DNA of 43,747 nt from a virus (lineage: Duplodnaviria > Caudoviricetes), in the IMG/VR virus record IMGVR_UViG_3300017780_002673, positions 1-43,747 of that record; one strand, written 5' to 3'. Below are positions 35,917 to 43,747 of this stretch, in pieces; the stretch's first letter is position 1; the number at the start of each line of letters is the position of its first letter. A model generated the notes under the pieces. The model worked only from the letters and a program-made list of their open reading frames with translations. It had not been told where the DNA came from and searched no databases. A program made the translations under genes and the position numbers.

Positions 35917-36158
35917 TTAGTTGTCCGCAATCCGCTAGGCAGTTCATCCAGCCGCATCCCGAGCACGTCCGCGGTGAACCGATCAGGCCCGCCGCCTTTC
36001 AATACCGTGCCCGCCATCTTGCCGTAGACCGGCGCAATCTTCACTGTCAGCAAGTCGCCGTCGTGGTAGCAGCGTTGCGTCAACCGGTCGTCGATCTTGC
36101 ACTGGCGTTCGACGGTGCGATGGCAGGTGGGGCACCACAAGTCATAAAGTGGGGGCAT
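35913..36158 (-). CDS. FmdB-like zinc-ribbon protein
   Basis: MPPLYDLWCPTC...C. Confidence 0.65.
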   Translation of the reverse strand: MPPLYDLWCPTCHRTVERQCKIDDRLTQRCYHDGDLLTVKIAPVYGKMAGTVLKGGGPDRFTADVLGMRLDELPSGLRTTK

Positions 36159-37963
36159 TACTCCATCCTCCGTGTCACCAGCCCTTCGTTGTCAACCACA
36201 ATGTATCGCTTCTTCAACAACACATGCTTCATGTCGTAGAACGACGCTTTGCGTGCGGGCAGGAACTCCATGCACGCCTCTTTCCATTCGATGTCGCTGA
36301 TCGAAGTGTTGTCCGGCCGCAACTGGCACAGCACTTCAAATCCCCGCTTGGCGTGACCGGCCAGTCGCCCGGTTGGGCCAGTGCCTACGGCGTCCGGCTC
36401 CACCACACAACTCGTCATCTCGTCGCCATCGGAGTCCAGCCCCACCACCACTGGCACCAGCTTGAAGCCTATCGGGGCACCGATCTCCACGTCCCGTTGC
36501 TTGCTGGCAGTCACCCTATTGTCGCTGATCTGCAATTCCGTGTCAATAGCCCCCAAGAGGGCTGACGACCCGCGCGCCCCGGCGTTCTGGTTCTTGCCCG
36601 AGTGGTGGACGATCAGCACGCAGGCACCAGTCGATTCAATCAGGGCAGCCACGGCGCTGTTGAAAGCCCCTACGTCCTGTGCGGAATTTTCATCCCCGCC
36701 CATCAAGGCGCGGGCCAGGGTGTCGATCACGATCAGCACCGGTTTCTCCGGCAGGTCGGCAATGACCGCGCCCAGTTCCTTGCGTCCGGTCTGCTCCCGC
36801 AGGTTGAAGCTGGCGGGTGCAATGAAGAACGGCACGTCAGCGTCACCATACTTCTGGCGTAGCGCCTGCGCTCGTTTGATCAGCCCTCCGCCGCCCTCAA
36901 AGGGCAGGTAAAGCACCGGCCCGCCGTGGACTTTGTGCCCCATCCATTCCTTGCCGGCGGCAATGTGGTAGGCCAAGTCCAGCAGGGTGAAGGTCTTGCC
37001 GCCACCGGGCGGGCCGTAGGCGATGGCGTAGGACGCTTTCTGCAGCAATCCCTTGGCCAAGTAGCCGGGGCCACGGTTTTCGCTATTCGCAAATTGAGAA
37101 AGGCGGGCGACCTTCGTGGGTTTGCGGGGCGGCGTTGGCGGCACATCCATGACCGGGAAGTCGTCGGGGAGAGCGGCACGCACACCGGCTTCGTTCTGGG
37201 CGTAGGTGTAGGCATTGGCGATCTTGTCGCTCAGTTCGTCGATCGACCACGGCGGGGAACAGCGGTCGTTCCACTCGGCCAGCAGTTCGCCGGCCTGTTC
37301 AGCTGACGGCCCCAGATCCCGCAGGGCGCAGACCACCTTGAAGGTCTGCGCGTCCCCACCCTCGCCTTCGACGGCGCCGGGTTGCTTGGCCAGCCATTCC
37401 CGCGCCCGCTCCACCACGCTGGTGTCGGCGTCCTGCACCGGCTCGGAAGTCGTGCTAGTTTTTGGCACGATCGTGCCAAGTTTCTGGATCAGCCAGTCGG
37501 GCGCGGGGGATACAGGAATGTCTTGCTCGTAACGATACCGTCCGGCGTCAACTTCACTGCCAGGGGCGACGACGTAGCCTCTTTCGGAACGCACATCAAG
37601 ACCTGCTCCGAGGGAATCCACACCATTCGGCACGGCCACGGAAGTTCGGTAATAAAGGTGCCGCCCTCCCGTCGGTGTACGGGTTGTGAGGGTTTCGGGG
37701 AGTCCATAAGTCATCTCCAGTAGGGCCAGAGAATCATCCCCGCCCTTGTTGACATCAACGTCAATAACCACCAGCCCTTTGGTGTGAATCCCAATGTTGG
37801 CGTCGGGCCACTGGTCCCACCACGGACCGAACAGCTGCGGACTGCCAGTTGCTTTGTTCGGCCAGTCCTTGATCAACGGCGGGAACTTGGCACCGGGCTT
37901 GATCGGGAACACTTCAAAGCCCTTGGCTGCAAGGGCAATGGCTGCGTCCAGCTTATTTGCCAT
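36158..37963 (-). CDS. Bifunctional primase-polymerase (Prim-Pol) fused to PriCT and AAA_25/RepA-type helicase
   Basis: VFPI, ANIGI, VIDVD, TPTGGRHLYY, GYVVAPGS; GPPGGGKT, IVIDTL, VHHSGK, RGSSAL. Confidence 0.92.
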   Translation of the reverse strand: MANKLDAAIALAAKGFEVFPIKPGAKFPPLIKDWPNKATGSPQLFGPWWDQWPDANIGIHTKGLVVIDVDVNKGGDDSLALLEMTYGLPETLTTRTPTGGRHLYYRTSVAVPNGVDSLGAGLDVRSERGYVVAPGSEVDAGRYRYEQDIPVSPAPDWLIQKLGTIVPKTSTTSEPVQDADTSVVERAREWLAKQPGAVEGEGGDAQTFKVVCALRDLGPSAEQAGELLAEWNDRCSPPWSIDELSDKIANAYTYAQNEAGVRAALPDDFPVMDVPPTPPRKPTKVARLSQFANSENRGPGYLAKGLLQKASYAIAYGPPGGGKTFTLLDLAYHIAAGKEWMGHKVHGGPVLYLPFEGGGGLIKRAQALRQKYGDADVPFFIAPASFNLREQTGRKELGAVIADLPEKPVLIVIDTLARALMGGDENSAQDVGAFNSAVAALIESTGACVLIVHHSGKNQNAGARGSSALLGAIDTELQISDNRVTASKQRDVEIGAPIGFKLVPVVVGLDSDGDEMTSCVVEPDAVGTGPTGRLAGHAKRGFEVLCQLRPDNTSISDIEWKEACMEFLPARKASFYDMKHVLLKKRYIVVDNEGLVTRRME

Positions 37964-39989
37964 ATCGTTTCATCACTCCGCAATCGGCCCAAAGGGGGAA
38001 CCCGGCAGCCCACTCGGGCGGGGTTCGCATAATCTCTTGCATCTTCTGGCGCGCGGCTTCTGCTTTGTCCGCGTCAACTTCCACAACCGCTTCATCATGG
38101 ACGTGAAGAACTATGTTAGCACCAAGTCCGTCCAGACGCAACATGCAATCCGCCAGCAGGTCACGGCAGGTGCCCTGGATGATGTTGTTGAACAGGCTGC
38201 CGCCATAGGTGCCGACCCGCGCCCAGCCCGCCGAGTTCTGCGGATCCTTGATGACCTTGCCTTTCTTCCGGTCGTCCGGGGAAGGGTTGGTCATGTAGGT
38301 CAGCTGCGGCCCGTATTCGCCTTCCAGAAGTTTTGCATACGGATAGCAAATTGCCCTACCGCTTGGCAGCAGACACCATAGAAACGAACCGGCCACCTTG
38401 AACTTGGCTTGGCGACCGGGATGGCCGCAGGCGTAGACTTGGCCCGGATTCTTGACGGCGTTGATCGCCGCCCTTTGGATGTCGTACCACGCGCCGACGA
38501 TTTTCGGGTGCGCTGAGCGCCAGGCGTTTTTGAACTCGTCTGCTTTTTCATCAGTGACTTTCACTCCGTAAGTTTTACCCATCACATGGAAGCTGCCGAC
38601 ACTACCCTGGAAACCAAAAGCCAATTCCATCGTCTTGCCGACCTGTCGCTCGTTTGAAGGATTTTTGACCGACTCCACCGGCACGTTGAACGACTTGGCG
38701 TAAGCCAACTCGTAGATGCCGGGGCCAGTCTTGGCGTCGGCTGCGCGGAAGGCTTCGATCTTCCAGTGTTCGCCGGCAAACCACGCAGCGCCACGGCCTT
38801 CGACGTTGGAGAAGTCCGCTGCCAGCAGCATCTTGCCGTCCGGTGCCACAAAGAACGACCGCATACAGCGGGACACCATGGACAGCGGCGGGCCGTAGAT
38901 CATGTCGATGGCTTCATGCTGGCCGTCACGCACCAGCTGCAGGACGTGCTCGACCACCTTGGCCTTCGGCATATCCCGCGGCAGGTTGTGGACCTGCACC
39001 GCCCTGCCAGCCCAGCGTCCGGTGGCAGCGCCATGGTACTGAACTAGATTGCGCAGCCGGCCATCGTCGCCAGCTTGATTGACCATTACATTGAACTTGG
39101 CGTTGCTGGCCTTTCCGGCCTCCTGCCGTAAAGTCAGGACACGTCGGGCAGCAGCGGGTAGGGTATCATCGGCCAGCAGTTCCGTGACATCCGCCTTAGC
39201 CAAGCCAGCGAGTGCTTTGTGGCAGCCTTGTTGATTGAGCCACTCCTTGATCGGAGCAAGCGCCGTGCATGAAGTCGCGGCACCACCGGTGGCGATGGCC
39301 ATCTGTTCATCATATTTCACCTTCATGGTGTCGGCCAGGGTGATCGCTGCCTTGGCCGTGGGCACGTCAATCATCACGCCACGCTGGTTGATCTGGTAGT
39401 CCAGCAACCAGACCTGGCGTTCCTTGTCTGAGAGCGGCATCAACCGCTTGTGCAATTCCCGTTCGACCCGCACGTCCTGCCGGCAGTACTCGTAGAGGCG
39501 GGCCAGTTTGTCGTCTTCGTCCCACCACGTCAACGGCTGGCCGGGCTTGGATCTCGGGCGACACATCCGGAGCATCAGGCTGCGCCCCTCGGCGTCCTTT
39601 AGCACGCGCAACCCCATGGCAAGGGCGGCGTCTTCCAGGTTGCCGGGCAGGCCCATGGCGTACGCCATCGCCATTGTGCAGTAGGTTTGCTCGGGTTTCA
39701 GTTCCGGCCAGCCATAGCGCGGAACCATGATGCTGTTCCAGATGGTCAGTTCAAACGGGGCGTTGTGGGCGTAGACTGCGCCGCCGTTGCGGACATGCGC
39801 TGCCCATACCGGAGGCAGCCACATGTTGTCCGCAAGAGTGCTGAGTCCTGGTTCTTCCGAGCCAATGGCTCCAGCCATGCACCACGCATCCGTGGATTCA
39901 TGGCGGGCGTAGTTGTGCAGCCCGACTTCCCGCAGGTCAACCGTGCTGCGGGTTTCAAAGTCGATGTGCAGGACTGGTTCTTCGGCCAT
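37953..39989 (-). CDS. polA: DNA polymerase family A with 3'-5' exonuclease
   Basis: HIDFET, AHNAPFE, YCRQDV, TGRWAG, ADFSNVEGR, RQVGKTMEL, HVHDE; ATG 39989 with GGAG RBS. Confidence 0.95.
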   Translation of the reverse strand: MAEEPVLHIDFETRSTVDLREVGLHNYARHESTDAWCMAGAIGSEEPGLSTLADNMWLPPVWAAHVRNGGAVYAHNAPFELTIWNSIMVPRYGWPELKPEQTYCTMAMAYAMGLPGNLEDAALAMGLRVLKDAEGRSLMLRMCRPRSKPGQPLTWWDEDDKLARLYEYCRQDVRVERELHKRLMPLSDKERQVWLLDYQINQRGVMIDVPTAKAAITLADTMKVKYDEQMAIATGGAATSCTALAPIKEWLNQQGCHKALAGLAKADVTELLADDTLPAAARRVLTLRQEAGKASNAKFNVMVNQAGDDGRLRNLVQYHGAATGRWAGRAVQVHNLPRDMPKAKVVEHVLQLVRDGQHEAIDMIYGPPLSMVSRCMRSFFVAPDGKMLLAADFSNVEGRGAAWFAGEHWKIEAFRAADAKTGPGIYELAYAKSFNVPVESVKNPSNERQVGKTMELAFGFQGSVGSFHVMGKTYGVKVTDEKADEFKNAWRSAHPKIVGAWYDIQRAAINAVKNPGQVYACGHPGRQAKFKVAGSFLWCLLPSGRAICYPYAKLLEGEYGPQLTYMTNPSPDDRKKGKVIKDPQNSAGWARVGTYGGSLFNNIIQGTCRDLLADCMLRLDGLGANIVLHVHDEAVVEVDADKAEAARQKMQEIMRTPPEWAAGFPLWADCGVMKRYGK

Positions 39990-40006
39990 TACTTTATTAT
40001 TCTCCA

Positions 40007-40046
40007 GAAGAAAAAGACCCCGCCAGCCCACACTGCGCCGGCGGGG
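40007..40046 (-). terminator. Rho-independent terminator after the SSB gene
   Basis: ccccgccggc...gctggcgggg followed by tctttttctt on minus strand. Confidence 0.75.
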
Positions 40047-40066
40047 AAGGGCGCACTATCGGTTCT

Positions 40067-40660
40067 TTAGAACAGTGCTGCTGCGCCGCTGCTGCCACCG
40101 CCGGAACCTGCAACCGGAGGCGGCACCGGGATCGCTTCAAAGTCATCCGCCGCAGCCACACCGCCGCCGGACAGGCGTTCGCCGTCCTTGACGTGCTGCA
40201 CGCCGAGCAGCGAAGCGTTCACGCGCTTGCCGAACTGGTTGTCCTGCGCCCAGAACTCCAGAATGATGTTGCCGTAAGACCCGGAGTAGGGCTTGCCGTC
40301 CGCCGCCACCAGGTTCTCCCGGTTCGGGCCGATGACGAGCGGGCGCAGTTCGTTGCTGGCATTGATGAAGTAGTTGCCCGCGTAGCCTGCGTGGTCGCTC
40401 TTGGCATCGCCATCATGCAGGCAGATGCGGTCGCCAGCGGACAGTTGCTTCAACACTTCGGCAGCCTTGGCACCCCACTTGGCGGTGGCAGCTTCCAGCA
40501 GCGCAGCCTTGATCTCGGCAATCTGCGGATGCTCCCGCCCGAAGATGGCGACGACACTGAACTTCTCTTTGCCGCTGTCGTTGCCCTTGGCCTTGCCGGC
40601 GGTGAACAGGTTGTTGGTGAAATTGAAACGGACATCATTGATGCGAACGCGAGTACCCAT
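40067..40660 (-). CDS. DUF2815 ssDNA-binding or annealing protein
   Basis: LHDGD, YSGSYG, GVQHVKDGERLSGG...AADDF. Confidence 0.9.
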   Translation of the reverse strand: MGTRVRINDVRFNFTNNLFTAGKAKGNDSGKEKFSVVAIFGREHPQIAEIKAALLEAATAKWGAKAAEVLKQLSAGDRICLHDGDAKSDHAGYAGNYFINASNELRPLVIGPNRENLVAADGKPYSGSYGNIILEFWAQDNQFGKRVNASLLGVQHVKDGERLSGGGVAAADDFEAIPVPPPVAGSGGGSSGAAALF

Positions 40661-40704
40661 GGTTTGTTACTCCTAAAGTGACGGGGGAGAAAATTACGTC
40701 AGGC

Positions 40705-41442
40705 TCACGGTCCCGTCATTACCGCAAAGTCATCTGCTTTAATCTTGGCGCCAGCGGGTTTGCGGTAGCCAGTCTTGACGGCCACCGAACACCGCTTCGC
40801 CTTCGCCGCCTGGCACCAGCGGCACTGTTCTTCGCCCGGCACCGGCTCGGCATCCGGCAACCGCGCCTTCACTGCCGCCTCCTGCACGTCCGCTGCAAAG
40901 TCCAGCAGGTCAATGGCGCGGAAGGTATTTCGCTTCACCCACTGATCTGGGTCTTCCAGCCGGGGTTGCACAATGGCCACTTCGACTGTCTCCGGCTGCA
41001 GGTAGAGTGACAGCATAGCACCGAGCGCATACATTTTCAACTGCTTGTTGTCTTCCGCTGCCACTGGCACACCGGTTCCGAACTTGAAGTCGGCCACCAG
41101 CAGGTGCTTGCCGTCTTCTGTCCAGCACACAAAGTCCGCCGTGCCGCCAGTGTCCGGGTCGATGCGGGCCAAGGCAGGTGCTAAATCAATCTCAATCGCG
41201 TGTGTACCTTTCTGTTTACGGCAGAAGTCTAGGTAGAACTGCACGCTGTCCGCGTGATCGTCCAGGATGGCGCTGGCCGGCAGCCGGTTCTTCAGGCAAT
41301 ACGCTGCGACCGAGTGCGCCATGGTGCCGAGGCTGGCGTGCGGGCTTTCGACGTGTGGCACGCCTTCCGACAGCCGCACGCTGGCCGGGCAGTTCATCCA
41401 GCGGTGGGCGGCAGAGGCGGACAGCTTGGCGTGTAACGCCAT
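40705..41442 (-). CDS. DUF2800 Cas4-like PD-(D/E)xK exonuclease
   Basis: HAKLSASAAHRWMNCPAS, GTADF, DFKFG, QLKMYALG, IVQPR, CRWC...C. Confidence 0.9.
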   Translation of the reverse strand: MALHAKLSASAAHRWMNCPASVRLSEGVPHVESPHASLGTMAHSVAAYCLKNRLPASAILDDHADSVQFYLDFCRKQKGTHAIEIDLAPALARIDPDTGGTADFVCWTEDGKHLLVADFKFGTGVPVAAEDNKQLKMYALGAMLSLYLQPETVEVAIVQPRLEDPDQWVKRNTFRAIDLLDFAADVQEAAVKARLPDAEPVPGEEQCRWCQAAKAKRCSVAVKTGYRKPAGAKIKADDFAVMTGP

Positions 41443-41549
41443 TACTGGTTTTCCTCGTTGGCGATCCAGCCCAGGATGAACGTGTCCACCGGCAGTTCAA
41501 AGGCAACCAGTTCGGACAGACAGTAGAAGTAGTTGGCCATCGGGTACAT
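41442..41549 (-). CDS. Small protein, 35 aa (MYPMANYFYC...)
   Basis: Manual translation; TAATG coupling on both sides. Confidence 0.55.
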   Translation of the reverse strand: MYPMANYFYCLSELVAFELPVDTFILGWIANEENQ

Positions 41550-42070
41550 TACTTGGTTGCCTCCTGCGCAGCGGCCACGAACGGGCCGTAGTCTTCCGGC
41601 TTCATGTCACGCAGTCGGGATACCCCGAACTGCCCCATGGCGGCCTGCGCTGCCGGCAAACCCTTGGCGTCGTACAGGGCTTCCAGCGCCGCTTGGGCTT
41701 GCTCTTGGGTGGCCGGGGGAGGGGCCACAGCGACCGACTCAGAGCCTCCGGATGGCATCACCTGTTGCTGAGTGACAGTCGGCGCTGCGGTTTCGGGTGG
41801 GGTGGCGGCTTCGGTTGGATGCTCGGCAGTCACCGGGATCGCCGGCTGATCGTTCACTATTGCCGGGCCGGAAGTGGCCACCCCATTGTCCTTGTACGAC
41901 CCCCGCGGCTTGCCTGCATCCGCACGGGGCTTGCGTTTCTTGTCAACTGTGCCACCTTCGGGCTTCGCCGGATTCTCGATATTCGGCACCGGCGCCGCAC
42001 CCTTCATCAGTGAACCCAGCGTGGCGATGGCTTTCTCAATGCTGTCAAACTTGAACGTGACTTCGATCAT
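41549..42070 (-). CDS. Hypothetical Pro/Ala-rich protein upstream of DUF2800
   Basis: C-terminal FGVSRLRDMKPEDY pattern typical of genes at this position. Confidence 0.75.
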   Translation of the reverse strand: MIEVTFKFDSIEKAIATLGSLMKGAAPVPNIENPAKPEGGTVDKKRKPRADAGKPRGSYKDNGVATSGPAIVNDQPAIPVTAEHPTEAATPPETAAPTVTQQQVMPSGGSESVAVAPPPATQEQAQAALEALYDAKGLPAAQAAMGQFGVSRLRDMKPEDYGPFVAAAQEATK

Positions 42071-42079
42071 TCGCTGCTC

Positions 42080-43282
42080 CTAGTAAAGTTGACTCAGTTC
42101 CCGCACCCGGCGCATCAACACTTGCTGCACGCCGTCATCAATCGTTCCCGGCACCGTGGCCACGTCAATCGTGACCTTCTCTTTTTTCATCATGCTGACC
42201 AATCGGTTCGCTGCCTGCACATTATTACCGCTGACCCAATCTAACTCGATAAACCATCCGTGCGACGCGCTGGACAGGTCAATCGCCGTACCGCACGACA
42301 TTATGTTCCCAGTAATCACCTGTGTCAAGCCATTCCGGAAATTGTTTTGTATCCGCTCCCGCTGTGTCGGCGTCGTCTTGCCGGTCAACAGTTCGGTCTT
42401 TATATTAAGCGAATTCAGCAACCGTGTCAAGTGTTCCAGTGGTTCTGTGTGCCAGCCAAACACAACCCCCTGCTTCAGGAGTTCATTGCTGATCGCAAAG
42501 TCGATGTTCTTGGCCAGCGGCAGCACCTTGGACTGGGCCACCGCAATGCGCTCGGCCTGCAGGGAAGTCGGGTTGTCTTCCAGGTGCTCGGTGTCGATGC
42601 CCGCCGGCAGGTCAGCTGCGGTAGTCGGCGTGATCTCAAGGAACTGGAAGTCAATACCCGGCATCTCTGGCGCCACATCCTTGCGGGTGCGGCGTAGCAT
42701 CACCGTCGCCAGCAGGCCACGCAGTTCCGGGATCATGGCTTGCTTGGTGCCACGGATCTTGTCAGCCCACTTATCGTACACGCAGTAGCGTTCGATGAAC
42801 GACTGGTAATCCATACCGACCACACCAAAGGCTTTCAGCATAGGCCATAGTTCCGCCGCATGTTTCGGGGCGGGCGTGCCCGACAGCGGCCAGATGGCGC
42901 CGGATGACTGCCCGAACCCCGTCTTGCCGTAGACCATCTTGGTGCGTTTGGCTTCGGGATTCTTGGCGAAGTGCGCTTCGTCCGGGATGAACACGTCAAA
43001 CTTCTTACGGTTGCCGACTTCCCACAGATGCGTGGCGATGTTGTATGACAGCACCTGTGCCTTCGGCAGCGGCCCAGACGGCCACCACTTTTCAATCTCC
43101 CGATGCCAGTGGGGGATGGCGATGGCCGGGCACGTCACCAGTATGGACTGCGCGCCCAGCTTGTGCGCGGCCATCACCGCCTGGCAAGACTTGCCGACCC
43201 GCATTTCATCGGCCAGCAGGGCGCGTGTGCGGCTGGCCAGAAAGTCCCGGCCTTCGATCTGATAGGGACGTGGGGTTAGCAC
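42080..43282 (-). CDS. SNF2-family helicase
   Basis: RPYQ, LADEMRVGKS, DEAH, LSGTP, MLRRT, GTAIDL. Confidence 0.9.
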   Translation of the reverse strand: MLTPRPYQIEGRDFLASRTRALLADEMRVGKSCQAVMAAHKLGAQSILVTCPAIAIPHWHREIEKWWPSGPLPKAQVLSYNIATHLWEVGNRKKFDVFIPDEAHFAKNPEAKRTKMVYGKTGFGQSSGAIWPLSGTPAPKHAAELWPMLKAFGVVGMDYQSFIERYCVYDKWADKIRGTKQAMIPELRGLLATVMLRRTRKDVAPEMPGIDFQFLEITPTTAADLPAGIDTEHLEDNPTSLQAERIAVAQSKVLPLAKNIDFAISNELLKQGVVFGWHTEPLEHLTRLLNSLNIKTELLTGKTTPTQRERIQNNFRNGLTQVITGNIMSCGTAIDLSSASHGWFIELDWVSGNNVQAANRLVSMMKKEKVTIDVATVPGTIDDGVQQVLMRRVRELSQLY

Positions 43283-43512
43283 TATTTCCGCCGCTCCCGT
43301 ATTGCCCTGCGCACTGCACCTTCATCCAGATCGAACTCCTGGCAGAACCAGATGAACGACCCCTCCTTGTTGCTGGCGGACGCCACCCATCGCTGGGTCT
43401 TGTCCCATTCGTCTTCCGCGTGCGCCACCGCTTCAGCCTTGGACAGCTTGGCCAGCGATACGCGCGCAGCGAACACCGCTCTCAGGACGTTTGCATCTAC
43501 GGTGTCGCTCAC
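43282..43512 (-). CDS. Hypothetical protein (possible small regulator)
   Basis: GSFIWFCQEFDLD motif; overlaps both neighbours. Confidence 0.7.
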   Translation of the reverse strand: MSDTVDANVLRAVFAARVSLAKLSKAEAVAHAEDEWDKTQRWVASASNKEGSFIWFCQEFDLDEGAVRRAIRERRK

Positions 43513-43747
43513 GCATATCTCCGTTTCAGGTAATCAAGGGACAGGGCCATCTCGTCAAACCGTCCATCCTTTACTTGGTGCAGGAAATAAGCCCCGCGCC
43601 AGTGCATGTTGGTGAACGGGCTGAGATACTTGTATTGGTGCTGGTAGAAACTGCCGGAAATGATCGCCGTCATGTGCCCGCCATCGGCGCGGCGGCCGAA
43701 GGCAATCTCGCGGCCTTGCTGGTGGCCGGCGAAGGCGCTCATGTGCA
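43509..43747 (-). CDS. Metallophosphoesterase, 3' part (continuation of 769..1)
   Basis: In frame across the junction: ...HMSAFAGHQQG...SLDYLKRRYA*. Confidence 0.85.
   Translation of the reverse strand, partial: HMSAFAGHQQGREIAFGRRADGGHMTAIISGSFYQHQYKYLSPFTNMHWRGAYFLHQVKDGRFDEMALSLDYLKRRYA
43625..43747 (+). repeat. Terminal direct repeat, right copy
   Basis: Identical to 1-123. Confidence 0.95.

Noticed and set aside
35461-43747. Lysogeny module
   Set aside because: No integrase, ParA, or CI/Cro-like gene recognised here or elsewhere in the genome

Overview
The window is an apparently complete, circularly assembled tailed-phage genome. Bases 1-123 equal 43625-43747, so the unique length is 43,624 bp. 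It has a T7/BPP-1-like podovirus virion module on the + strand (7233-35495): terS, terL, portal, scaffold, capsid, tail tube A/B, ejection proteins, tailspike and lysis genes. The - strand arm (35461-43747 wrapping to 1-7023) carries Dam-like MTase, Prim-Pol/helicase, family-A DNA polymerase, DUF2815 SSB, DUF2800 nuclease, SNF2 helicase, metallophosphoesterase, DUF5664, RuvC and many small early genes. I saw no RNA polymerase, integrase, repressor, RT/DGR, tRNA or CRISPR array. The most striking element is a putative virion glycosylation and glycan-tailoring system inside the morphogenesis operon. A Ser/Ala/Val-rich repeat fibre is translationally coupled to a four-domain Maf(DUF115)-MTase-FkbM-2OG oxygenase fusion, and a GT9 glycosyltransferase and another SAM methyltransferase lie between portal and scaffold. 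Also notable: a one-strand cluster of about 11 GCGATTACCG motifs around early sigma70 promoters, a triple ACAA-bulge RNA structure before the capsid gene, a small protein ending in an SSB-tail-like sequence, and three HExxH proteins. All family assignments come from motif recognition by eye; no searches were run.
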